Assembly (NCBI GenBank): GCA_046350415.1
Contig: JAXMAL010000001.1
Span: 1,476,782 to 1,540,781, forward strand
Length of the DNA stretch: 64,000 nt
Source: Phycisphaerales bacterium
GTDB taxonomy: Bacteria; Planctomycetota; Phycisphaerae; Phycisphaerales; UBA1924
Reading direction: 5' to 3'
Of this stretch, positions 1-9,185 are shown in pieces (positions within the stretch are counted from its first letter, which is position 1; every line of letters begins with the position of its first letter). The notes under the pieces were generated by a model. It searched no databases. It saw only the letters and a program-made list of their open reading frames with translations, and was not told where the DNA came from. The position numbers and the translations under genes are program-made.

Positions 1-2256
1 GATGCCGATACCCCTCAATTCGGCGTCCTGCACATTCGGATCAATCTCCCGAACCCCAATGATTGTGAGCGGGCACCAACGATTCGAGCAAGAAAACAGC
101 AATGGTGCGCCCTGAGAAATGGGCGGGTCAGGTTCGTCGTCGTATCCTGTTCGAGTTCTCATACTCATCTGGGCCGTCTTGTTGGGGCTACTCTGGCTGT
201 TCGCGCCTGTGAGCACGCCCCATGACCCATCGAGCACCCAGAAGCGGATGCGCCGTACCTTTGTTCCTGTGCTCCATCCTTGGCCAGATGCGAGTTCATT
301 CCAATTATTCGCGTCGTCCGCTGACAGATGCACGCGGCAGATGAACTTGTTGGTCGTTCCCGGAACCGCTCGGCGCGTGCGGATGCGGAACACCTCGGAA
401 GTCATCGACGGCGGAGGCGGAAGCGTTCTGGTTGAACTGTTGGGGAGAGTATCCACCCATTTCCCGGCGGTGTTCTTGGTGAGCTTCACGATTCCGGGGT
501 TGGGTACATCGTCGTCTGGGGCTTGATCGCCGATGTCGAACCAACAGTCTTCGATCGCAAGGTTCTTTCCACCGGGGGCGACAATGATCGGCTTGAACAC
601 GGTCGTGTCCGTTGGAACCGAGATGTACTGAAGCCCGCCATGAGTGTCCAACTGCGAATACGAGTTGAAAAAGACCCGAGCATCGTACAAAACGGCCGTA
701 CCTTCCGATCGCCCCCACGTGCTGAACACCTGCATCCAGCGATCCGGGTGACTCTGGTCCGGGCAGTACAAGAGCCGTGTTATTGCCAAACGCTGCGGAG
801 GATCACCCCCATCGTCGTCGCTCGCGTTCGAGAGTACCGCCACCAGCGAGCCCGCACCACTTTCCGCTATTGATTGTGCCAGGCAGAACACGATCCCGCG
901 AAGGCGCGAAAAGCTCGCATCGTACACCGACCCAAAGCCGGTCGTGAAGCCGTGCAGATGCTCGATCCAAAGTTGGTCTGTGCCGTTCTGCACCTCGGTT
1001 GGCTCCGGCAGAACCATTCGCGTCAGGACCTCGGCCTGTTCATCCGTTCCCCAGATCAAGGTGCTTCGATAGAGAGAAATGGGCACGCTGTTGCTGAACG
1101 GTTGCGCGAGCCGCGGTCTCGGCCCGAGCGCGACGCCGACCGGCTGCTGAGAGCGAGAGCCGGGCAACGGATCGGGCGGGCCATATTGGCGGAAGCCGTG
1201 GTACCCGGCAGAGGTCCAGGACCAGTGCTGGGGATCGGAGTAGTCGTTCCCAAGACTGTCAAGGCGGTAGCAGATGAATCGGCTGTGATACTGAGCATCG
1301 CCAACCGATACGACCATCTGAATGCTGTTGCTACCGTACTCGGTGACTTGGCAGGAATGCGCGTGGCATCCGGTGGAAAAGGTCCCGTCTCCCTGCTCGA
1401 TGTCTGCGTAGAAGGGGTTACCGCTGACGGTATCCCATCCCCACGGGTCGTTTTCGGTAGTCCGCTTGAACTTCAAGACGAAGACTCGCCCTCCGAGTGT
1501 AAGCGGGACCGGGGGGTCATCTTCCGAAAACGCTTGGAATCGATAGTCAGTCGAAGATACCCAGCACGTCAGCGGATGCGCGTCGCCACGGGCATGAGCG
1601 AGAGAAGCGTGGAGGCACCATTCGCGTCCGCGATAGAAATTGGGTTGATTGTCTCCGACAGAGGCGTCGTTCCACAGGTGAGTCCAGACGGGAGTCGTAC
1701 CTGTGAGCTGGGCAAAGCCCCATCCAACAATCTCGTAGGTTTCCGTTGAGCCAACCTTTTTCACTAACATGCCGCCGAGCACGACGAGGCCATGAACAAC
1801 TACCGCAGAATTGGGAACCAGCGAGTAGTCGGAGGACAAGCCGCTCGGAGTGAAGCACGCCGCTTCGGTTGGATTGTTCCCTTCGACGTTTACGAGCGAG
1901 ACGGTTGTCAGGTCGGTCCGCTTGACCTCCGACAGCGTTGATCCAGAGAGTACAAAGAGCTTTCCGTGGTCTTCATCGCGGAAGACCATCAGTGGCGTGG
2001 TTCCGTCTGCCGCGACGCCAGCCGCGAGAAGCCGTGATTCGGGCGCAGCGCCTTGGCTGCCAATTGTGACCTCCGTCGGGGCCACGACCGGAGCAATATG
2101 CGTGGCCCGATCGAATCTCGGCTTGTTCGAGATCACCGAAGCGCCGCTTGGATCGACCGTCGCGACAGCACGGGAAAACGTCACACCGAGAGGTGTATCG
2201 ACCCGGTAGAAGTTGCCGGTGTAGCTGCCGTCGAATCTGAATTTCCACTGTGCCAT
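1..2256 (-). CDS. Large orphan beta-rich protein, C-terminus beyond the window edge (>751 aa)
   Basis: Not in the ORF track because it runs off the left edge. The minus frame with codon first bases divisible by 3 is open from 2514 to 1. ATG at 2256 is preceded by GGGGGAAG (RBS-like). Hand translation: MAQWKFRFDGSYTGNFYRVDTPLGVTFSR...FSEDDPPVPLTLGGRVFVLKFKRTTENDPWGWDTVSGNPFYADIEQGDG...NVQDAELRGIGI. It is rich in W/G/T/S and I recognise no motif. Confidence 0.65.
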   Translation of the reverse strand, partial: MAQWKFRFDGSYTGNFYRVDTPLGVTFSRAVATVDPSGASVISNKPRFDRATHIAPVVAPTEVTIGSQGAAPESRLLAAGVAADGTTPLMVFRDEDHGKLFVLSGSTLSEVKRTDLTTVSLVNVEGNNPTEAACFTPSGLSSDYSLVPNSAVVVHGLVVLGGMLVKKVGSTETYEIVGWGFAQLTGTTPVWTHLWNDASVGDNQPNFYRGREWCLHASLAHARGDAHPLTCWVSSTDYRFQAFSEDDPPVPLTLGGRVFVLKFKRTTENDPWGWDTVSGNPFYADIEQGDGTFSTGCHAHSCQVTEYGSNSIQMVVSVGDAQYHSRFICYRLDSLGNDYSDPQHWSWTSAGYHGFRQYGPPDPLPGSRSQQPVGVALGPRPRLAQPFSNSVPISLYRSTLIWGTDEQAEVLTRMVLPEPTEVQNGTDQLWIEHLHGFTTGFGSVYDASFSRLRGIVFCLAQSIAESGAGSLVAVLSNASDDDGGDPPQRLAITRLLYCPDQSHPDRWMQVFSTWGRSEGTAVLYDARVFFNSYSQLDTHGGLQYISVPTDTTVFKPIIVAPGGKNLAIEDCWFDIGDQAPDDDVPNPGIVKLTKNTAGKWVDTLPNSSTRTLPPPPSMTSEVFRIRTRRAVPGTTNKFICRVHLSADDANNWNELASGQGWSTGTKVRRIRFWVLDGSWGVLTGANSQSSPNKTAQMSMRTRTGYDDEPDPPISQGAPLLFSCSNRWCPLTIIGVREIDPNVQDAELRGIGI

Positions 2257-2750
2257 GACTTCCCCCAGCCCATGCTGATACCTTTGCGACGCTCCAGCGG
2301 CACGCTCCGATGGGGCGACCCCCTCCAAGTCTGCCACGGATTCTCGGGCTGGCCACCCAATCTCCCGGCATCCGTCCGATATTCGCTCGTGATCTTGTCG
2401 GTGCCCGATGGCGAGCGTCCCTGCGGCCGTGGAACCTCCCCGAACTAGGGGGTGTGGGCAAGAGCTGTACCGAGGTCCGGCGCTTCCGATCCCCGAATGT
2501 CGCGGTTTACACTCTCAGGGCGGCGTCGGTGAATCGACAGATGGGGCGGTCCAGCGTCGAAGCCAATCACTGCGAATGTTGCAGCGAAGGGACGACCATC
2601 AGCGCTGCCCTTGCCAGTCGCGATTCCAGCGGCCGTTGCCGAGCATCGCAGCGTCCAGACGGCGGCCTCAGATCAACAGTCTGTTGAGTTGTGCCGCTCC
2701 CTCCGCGTGATCGGGTCACATGATGGTCGCTGTCGATGGTGCGGGGGCAC

Positions 2751-5700
2751 TCAGGTATCGGAATGGAGCTTCTTGAGGGCACCGTCGATGGCGGTATCGC
2801 CCGCGGACACCAGCGCGTCTATTTGATCCAGACACCAATCTCGAACGCCATCATTGGCATTCCCTTGAGCACGTTCGTAAATTCTGAGAACGCAATCTGC
2901 GGCCTTGTCCGCAAAGTACGCTCGCACATGACTGAGATCGCGGTTCATCGTGGTCATGTCGGTCCGCGCGCGCAGGACGACGTGGGCCAGTGCAGGCTGA
3001 AATGGCGAAAGGTCACCCGCATAGTCCGCAAGCGGCCTCATCAGATCATTGGGGTCTCTCAGGAACTGCGAACTGCGAGCAAACTTCATGGCCAACTCGC
3101 CTCCGAGCGGAGAACGCATGACTTCCTCATCCCGGAACACCTCAGCGGCCGCGCCCGCGACGGTGGCATCTTCGTCATCGAAAAAGCGGGGAAGCCGCTC
3201 TGCAGCGCGAAGGCCGTCAGGAGTCGTCTCAACAAGACGTGCTAATGCCCTAGCTACGCCGCGCCTGCACGCGACGTTGCCGCGCGCGCAAGAGCCCGCG
3301 ACGACCTTCATGCGCGACTTCTTCAGTTCGATAACCGTCGAGAACACCGCGCCCTTCTCTTCCACCTTCTCAATCCCACAGGAGGTCATTCGCTCGATGA
3401 TGGACTCGACCCGAGCATCGCAGCGCCACCACAAATAGTTCAACAGGCGGTTGAGGTGGTACGAGTACAGCACGCGAGCATCCGAACCGCCACACGCGAT
3501 CTCCAGCAGACGAATGGCACGGTCCGGATCATCATTCAACAGGGGACCAACTAGTCCAATTGCCGCGACCCGGACCGACGGATGGGGATCGCGAACGGCA
3601 GCTTCTGCAACGGTCTCGAACTGCGTCCGCTTCTCAGGGCGGTGCCACATCAGCCGTTCAATCGCGTGAATCGCTACTCCACGCGCGCCATTGATCGACA
3701 AGCTAACCACATCATCCGCCGACATGTCGCCAATCGCGGTTTGCCCATCCCTGTTTTCCATTGACGGGTCTGGATGCGACACTGCGTGCTCGCAAATGCG
3801 AGCAATCGTGGTATCGCTCCACGCCTCCGTTGGCCTTGCCTGCACCAGCCATCCCAGCCTCTTGGAAAGGTCTTTCGACTCCCTTTCCACCAATCGGTTC
3901 AGGCACCTCTCAATGTCAACGGCTGTAGCGGCCTTCCAATCCGCGCCAGCGCTGTTTGCCTCAGGCTCGGTGGCGGATGCCGCTTCGAGAATAGCCTCAA
4001 ACCAGTCGTCCCGTGCCTCCGGTGGTAGGCTTCGGGCTAGTTGTACGGCGCGAGAAGGGTTCGCCCTTGCCACTTGCTTGAACGACATGTCCGACAGGCG
4101 CTCTGGAGTTTCAAATGATGTCTTGTCGGATGACTCCCATCGCTTACTTATTCGAGTCGCCCACTTGCGACCCGCCATCAACTCCCAGTCACGATCCGAT
4201 ACGAATGGCAGTCGTGTTGTGGGAATCAGAGATCGCATCGAGCGAAGACGTACTCGCGATGATGGCGGCTTCCATCGTTCAGGGCGGGACATCAACCATT
4301 CAGGCGGGCGCGGCGATCGCAGGCGCTGAAGATCGTCGCAGAACTTCGCATCCCACTGAGCGAGCCTCGCTTTTCCAGCCTCGCCGAGTTGTTCGAGCGG
4401 TATCGCGGACAGCAAGAGGTATTGGGGCAAGCCAGTGAGGTTGGGGACTAAGTGTGAGCGACTTTCGAGAACATCCTCCCGTCGCCGCTCCATGTGACGC
4501 CGCTCTGAGGGATCACAGAATGCGAGAATTGCCGCCGAGAGACGCTCCCGGCACTCGGGTGCTGCTTCCCACAAGTGGCGCACCGCGCTTCTGCCACGCC
4601 AAAAGCGCCGTACCACATCAGAATGCCCGTGCGCGCCGAGACGACGTACGTCCGAGAGCAGCCATTCAATCGCCACTTGCGGAATGGGTGCGAGAAGACT
4701 TCCGATGACCGACACACAAAGCCGAGTCGCCGTGCGGCTCCGAAGTCGCAAAAAGGGAACGGTGTGCGTCCAAAGCAACGGAGAGTGATCCGAGGCCAGC
4801 GCCGTCGCGGCCTCTTCGAGCATCGTGCGCAGCAAGCGATGAAATAGACGGCAGGGGTGATCCCAGCTCAATCTTTCTCTTGACCCTGCGGCACCGACAC
4901 GCCATTGTCTAGCACGGTATTTCAGACTCCGCAGGAGTATCGGTGCGAGCGTAACCCATGTCTCTCGTGGGACGGTGCCAGCAAGCTGCTTCAGCATAGC
5001 GCGATCAGAGTCCTTTCCGCTCGCCCATCTGTCGAACTTCTCGGGAATGCCCCGCTTCATCAGGCCCGGCCGATAGGCGTGCGCAAGCTCCCATCGCATG
5101 AGGTGTGCGGCGAATCGCAACGCCGCCAACGGCGCGGACTTCGCAGCGTGCCGAATGTCGTAGGTGTCACACGAAAGCAGTTCTCGGCGTTGAAGACGGA
5201 AACGCCATCGGGAGGATTCAGGGGTGTCATGCTCCGTTCCGTACGGAAGACATCGCGCCAAGAGTAATGGCTCGATCCGATGCTCTTGTGTGAGAGCAAA
5301 GAGCAACGCGAACACAGCTTCCGCATCGGTTTCGGCCAGTAGGCGGAGCGTTCCGGCCGCCCAAAGAGCGTCACTCTGGTGCTCCGACAAGAGCAACCGG
5401 CGGAGGTGCCCAGCTTTGAGCAACTCGCGCCACCAAGCGACGGTGGTCCAGCACCGCATCCTGATGCGACGAGTCCAAGATGGGATGTCGTGCAACTTCT
5501 CTGCTATCGCAATCTCGGACTCCAACAGAGGCGCACACTCCGCCAGCAGTCGAAGGACCAGATCGCGAATGTGCTCCCGAATGCCCGTGCTCAACAGCAA
5601 GTCGTGAACAGCCTTGGCGTAGGTGTGCGGGTCGTCGTCACGCAGGATCGCCAGCAACTGCCGCATCTGCTCGCGCCTTGCGAGGGACTGATCGGTCGAT

Positions 5701-7445
5701 GCGACCCACGCCGCAACCGTCGTCTGTGCTGATGCAACGAGCCGAAATACTGAGAGCGCGATCTGGTGATCGAGGAATCGTTGGTGCGCAACTCTGAATC
5801 GTTCGGGATCAAGTGCATCGAGATAGGACTCGGAGGTCAAAGCGTTTAGGGTACGACGATCCGGCTCAATGTTCGCGGAAAAGTCGAGCCTGCCGCGGGC
5901 TTCCACAACCTCACGCACCCGAGCAATCACCGCCTCGGCTGTTGCACTTGGAATTCCGTGACGTGACTCAAGCCGCGACTTGACACTGTTCCAGTGCGCA
6001 GACAACAGGCTTGAAGCACCCGCGACCTTGGTCAGGTCCGCTCCGCGTTCAACCAAGTCAGACCAAATCCACAGCATCAGTGGGTTGCACAGCAAGGCCA
6101 ATTGCTCAGCAGTCGGGAGCGGCACTCCCCATTCTTTGATGATGCCCTCAACCTGCGCTGATTCCAGCGGCTTCACCTCGATCTCGCGCAAGCGGCCCTG
6201 CGTGTCCTGATCCTTGCGCCAATTCCGCAGGTTCGGATCATCCTTGATGTCAAAGGTCCGGCATGCCACCACGACGGTCACATTCTGCGAATGGATCGCG
6301 TCGTCGAGAAGCTGAACTGTGACATCCCACGCTGAGGTCGAGTGAACGCCCGCCCACCTTACCGCATCAAGTTGGTCCACAACCACAACCGCGCGCTTCC
6401 CGCCAGCAAGCCGTGTCGCGCATCGGTCGGGAGTATCTGGAAGTTCAAGTGTCTCCCTTGAGTAGCGAAGCAGTCCCCCGCCGGATGGCAGGGCGTTGTC
6501 GAGGCGGAGAGGCACCACGCAGATACCAGATTTGATGAGTCGTTCCACGGTTTCGAAGAGCACCCCAGATTTCCCGCTTCCGGCACCGCCATGCACAAGA
6601 ACCACCTGAGGCCCGACCGATTCCATGACGGTCTTCAAGATCGTCTCGGTCTCCTTTCGCGGGATCAGCTTGTGACGAATCAGATGCCTCCCGAGTTGCG
6701 AGAGGAAGCGATCGCGGAGCTTGTGAACGGCCAAGACGTGATCCGGGAGTCTGCTCCAATCGCGGGGCTCGATCTTGAACCTGTCAGATCGCAGGTCTGA
6801 GAGCAGTTTGTCGCAGGTGACAAGTTGCCCGAGTCGGGATTCCAGAGCGTCGCGAATCGCAATGCGTACGGCGGCCCCTGAACCGTGGAACAGATCACTG
6901 CACCGCGTTTCCACATGTCGTTGGAGATAGTCTGGAGTCGTATGTTCTTGCACGAAGACCCGAGAGAGCCATTCAACGCACTTCGCATCCGCCTCGTCCG
7001 TTGTGCCCGCTCGCCAGTGCTCGCGAACGCGCTCGAATGCGGGGGATAACGACTGCGACAGCGACTCCATGAACGCAGTGGAGCTAGCCGCCGCCCTTGC
7101 TCGCTCGGTGAGATCGGCCAACTCACCTGCACTGCTCGCGAGCACGAGCCGGAAACGGCTGGAGGGGTACCGAGTCAATTGATCGCGGATTGCACCAAGT
7201 AGCCCTTCACTCGCGAGAGTCGCGATTGTCCACTTCTTGTCGCGGCTTCCTTTGCACTGGACGCACTCAATAGTCCCATCCGGCAATCGGCGGCGATACT
7301 CGATTCCATCGAAATCGCTCCCGACGCCTTCCCATTCAATCGTCGTCGCGTTTCCCTCGATCAGTTCGAGAGCGGCAGCGACGACGCAGTGCGCCTCGAA
7401 CCGATTCCCCATCTTGTCCGCGAACCCGCCCGTCGGCCATCCCAT
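2751..7445 (-). CDS. Cap4/DUF4297-like PD-(D/E)xK nuclease + STAND-type P-loop NTPase + helical (HEAT-like) repeat protein, 1564 aa; Avs-like candidate defence protein
   Basis: The N-terminus (aa 1-230) has the nuclease-fold pattern IEWEGVGSDFDGIEY...TIECVQCKG (D..E..QxK; nt 7251-7340). Walker A is GGAGSGKS (nt 6567-6590), Walker B is VVVVDQLD (nt 6366-6392), followed by VVVACRTFD (STAND/NACHT 'TSR'-like). The remaining ~1100 aa are L/R/A/E-rich helical sequence with a HEAT-type motif, DPHPSVRVAAIGLVGPLL. Confidence 0.85.
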   Translation of the reverse strand: MGWPTGGFADKMGNRFEAHCVVAAALELIEGNATTIEWEGVGSDFDGIEYRRRLPDGTIECVQCKGSRDKKWTIATLASEGLLGAIRDQLTRYPSSRFRLVLASSAGELADLTERARAAASSTAFMESLSQSLSPAFERVREHWRAGTTDEADAKCVEWLSRVFVQEHTTPDYLQRHVETRCSDLFHGSGAAVRIAIRDALESRLGQLVTCDKLLSDLRSDRFKIEPRDWSRLPDHVLAVHKLRDRFLSQLGRHLIRHKLIPRKETETILKTVMESVGPQVVLVHGGAGSGKSGVLFETVERLIKSGICVVPLRLDNALPSGGGLLRYSRETLELPDTPDRCATRLAGGKRAVVVVDQLDAVRWAGVHSTSAWDVTVQLLDDAIHSQNVTVVVACRTFDIKDDPNLRNWRKDQDTQGRLREIEVKPLESAQVEGIIKEWGVPLPTAEQLALLCNPLMLWIWSDLVERGADLTKVAGASSLLSAHWNSVKSRLESRHGIPSATAEAVIARVREVVEARGRLDFSANIEPDRRTLNALTSESYLDALDPERFRVAHQRFLDHQIALSVFRLVASAQTTVAAWVASTDQSLARREQMRQLLAILRDDDPHTYAKAVHDLLLSTGIREHIRDLVLRLLAECAPLLESEIAIAEKLHDIPSWTRRIRMRCWTTVAWWRELLKAGHLRRLLLSEHQSDALWAAGTLRLLAETDAEAVFALLFALTQEHRIEPLLLARCLPYGTEHDTPESSRWRFRLQRRELLSCDTYDIRHAAKSAPLAALRFAAHLMRWELAHAYRPGLMKRGIPEKFDRWASGKDSDRAMLKQLAGTVPRETWVTLAPILLRSLKYRARQWRVGAAGSRERLSWDHPCRLFHRLLRTMLEEAATALASDHSPLLWTHTVPFLRLRSRTATRLCVSVIGSLLAPIPQVAIEWLLSDVRRLGAHGHSDVVRRFWRGRSAVRHLWEAAPECRERLSAAILAFCDPSERRHMERRREDVLESRSHLVPNLTGLPQYLLLSAIPLEQLGEAGKARLAQWDAKFCDDLQRLRSPRPPEWLMSRPERWKPPSSRVRLRSMRSLIPTTRLPFVSDRDWELMAGRKWATRISKRWESSDKTSFETPERLSDMSFKQVARANPSRAVQLARSLPPEARDDWFEAILEAASATEPEANSAGADWKAATAVDIERCLNRLVERESKDLSKRLGWLVQARPTEAWSDTTIARICEHAVSHPDPSMENRDGQTAIGDMSADDVVSLSINGARGVAIHAIERLMWHRPEKRTQFETVAEAAVRDPHPSVRVAAIGLVGPLLNDDPDRAIRLLEIACGGSDARVLYSYHLNRLLNYLWWRCDARVESIIERMTSCGIEKVEEKGAVFSTVIELKKSRMKVVAGSCARGNVACRRGVARALARLVETTPDGLRAAERLPRFFDDEDATVAGAAAEVFRDEEVMRSPLGGELAMKFARSSQFLRDPNDLMRPLADYAGDLSPFQPALAHVVLRARTDMTTMNRDLSHVRAYFADKAADCVLRIYERAQGNANDGVRDWCLDQIDALVSAGDTAIDGALKKLHSDT

Positions 7446-7485
7446 GCCATATCGTACCGGAATCGAACAATCCGGGTGGGGTCAT

Positions 7486-7502
7486 TTCAACAGACTGTTG
7501 AA
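7486..7502. repeat. 17-bp perfect palindrome TTCAACAG-A-CTGTTGAA, candidate operator
   Basis: Read directly from the sequence. It lies about 41 nt upstream of the NTPase ATG (7445, minus) and about 39 nt upstream of the ATG at 7541 (plus), in a divergent AT-richer region. Confidence 0.4.
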
Positions 7503-7540
7503 TTGAGATTGAAACCGACGTGCTCGTCACCGCTTGCCAG

Positions 7541-7966
7541 ATGATCGCAGCGACGCCGCTCTTGGAGATGCGCGCAGTATGTGAGAGTTGCGGTTGCGCC
7601 TATGCCTCCATCGGCGCAGCGTTGTTTCTGTCCCGCCTGCGGCCACAATTCAGCAGCGAGCACTGTCGACGCGGCGCGTTCCGCCGTTAGTGCCACCATA
7701 ACAGCATCGATGAGATTGCGGGAACCGTCGCTGATGCAGGCGGCACGGACTTTGCTCGCGACGTGACCAGAACCCTGTGCGAGTCAACTCTGGAACGTCT
7801 TGTCGCGGCGTTTCAGAGATTCGCGGAGGCCGCATTTCATAAACTTCCTTGCGCTGCCACGATGAGCATCCGGCGCAGTGCCTTCCAGAGCATCGACGAG
7901 GGTGATGTCCTCTGGCGTGAGACTGTCGGAAAGGGTTACTCCGACTTGATGGCTGCCCCGAGATGA
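7541..7966 (+). pseudogene. Small plus-strand ORF interrupted by one in-frame TAG (7688-7690); possible gene remnant or unknown small protein
   Basis: The frame starting at ATG 7541 reads MIAATPLLEMRAVCESCGCAYAS...RR*CHHNSIDEIAGTVADAGGTDFARDVTRTLCESTLERLVAAFQRFAEAAFHKL...GYSDLMAAPR. The second half (track ORF 7763-7966) looks helical and protein-like. The first half is weak, and I recognise no domain. Confidence 0.25.
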
Positions 7967-7972
7967 ACGCTT

Positions 7973-9169
7973 TCACCCATACTTCAGCGCGAAGTCGTTC
8001 GCACGCCGAGTGTCCGTGTCGGTGTATGCCAACGTGGTCCGCAGCGACGAGTGATCCAGCAGCGTGCTGGCGAGATCAAGACTCTCAGTGCGTGTCGCAA
8101 AGTCGGCAAAGGTGTGACGCAGTTGGTGGGGGTGCCAGTGTTGAACGCCCGCCTTCACGCACGCGCGGGCGACGGCTTTTCGATAGGACTTCCGCGTGTA
8201 CATCGTTCCGGGAGCACGCTCGCGCTTCGCTGCGCCTTGCGCGGCCTTCATTGCTCTCAGCACCTGCGATGCCTGCACCGGAGTCCTGCGTGCGATACGC
8301 ATCGCTGAATGCCGCGCCGCTTCGCTCAGTGCCGGGGAGAACATGGGCTGTTCGGGATTGCGATCCATGAAGCCCATCAGGAGCAACTGCGCTTTCGGCC
8401 CGAAGCGAATCGTCCTTTCGCGATTGTGGTGTTTCGTCTTGTGGTGAAGAGGGCGATAGAGCCAGATGTCGCCGCTCTTGTCGATCTCAGACCACCGCAG
8501 CCTTCGGATTTCACCCGGTCGCGCGCCCGTCAGTATCTGGAGTTGGACCATGGCGCGGACATCGTGGGGGAGGTACGGAAGTGTCTTCTCGACAACCTCT
8601 GGCGCAACGGGCATGACGCGCTTCGTTTCTCGCCCGGCTTCCCCGACGCGAAGCGCGCGGACGCCGCACAGCCGGAGGTGAACCGATGGTTCAACGAGTT
8701 CCTCTCCAACACCCCATTTGAACACGGTTCGAATTCGACGAGTCGCCTCATTGATCCCGTTGCGGCTCCAATTCAATCGGTCCATCTCCGCGCGCAGTGC
8801 CTTCAACTGCGTTGGGCCGAACTGCTCGACCAAGGTATCGCCGTAGAGCCTTCGCAGTGCTTTCAGGGCGCGCTTGATCGGCTCCAGTGACTCCGGCTGG
8901 AGGGATCGTTTGGAGGCGAGCCAGTATCGCGCGATGAGTTCCTTGACGCTCAATTCCCGCCGTTCAGCCTCGCACAGCGGCAGCGAGCCGTCGTTGGCGA
9001 GGAACTCGGCGATCATCCGCTTGTATCGCTGGTTTCCGTCCTTGTCCCCCTCGGGGCCGAAGTAGAAGTCCCTGCCTTTGAAGCGGGCGCGGCGAAGACC
9101 GCTCCCCTTGTGGAGGCAGAGTTGCGGGAATTTCACAGTCTTGGGGCCAGCGGCGGCACGTCGGGGCAT
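7973..9169 (-). CDS. int: Tyrosine recombinase / phage-type integrase
   Basis: 398 aa. The catalytic signature is spread as TGARPGEIRRLRW (Arg), HQLRHTFA (HxxR) and LLDHSSLRTTLAYTDT (His..Tyr). GGAGA lies 7 nt upstream of the ATG. The gene sits directly 3' of the tRNA. Confidence 0.92.
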   Translation of the reverse strand: MPRRAAAGPKTVKFPQLCLHKGSGLRRARFKGRDFYFGPEGDKDGNQRYKRMIAEFLANDGSLPLCEAERRELSVKELIARYWLASKRSLQPESLEPIKRALKALRRLYGDTLVEQFGPTQLKALRAEMDRLNWSRNGINEATRRIRTVFKWGVGEELVEPSVHLRLCGVRALRVGEAGRETKRVMPVAPEVVEKTLPYLPHDVRAMVQLQILTGARPGEIRRLRWSEIDKSGDIWLYRPLHHKTKHHNRERTIRFGPKAQLLLMGFMDRNPEQPMFSPALSEAARHSAMRIARRTPVQASQVLRAMKAAQGAAKRERAPGTMYTRKSYRKAVARACVKAGVQHWHPHQLRHTFADFATRTESLDLASTLLDHSSLRTTLAYTDTDTRRANDFALKYG

Positions 9170-9185
9170 GGCGTGGTCTCCGGTG

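Noticed and set aside
523-1749. Plus-strand ORFs 523-873 and 874-1749 (same frame, separated by one TGA)
   Set aside because: They are Arg-rich and implausible proteins. They are the antisense shadow of the long minus-strand ORF that runs off the left edge and therefore is not in the track.
2310-2826. Track ORFs in the 2257-2750 spacer (2310-2687 +, 2408-2710 +, 2567-2782 -, 2611-2826 +)
   Set aside because: They overlap each other in different frames, have Arg/Ser/Pro-rich composition, lack an RBS, and some overlap the end of the NTPase gene.
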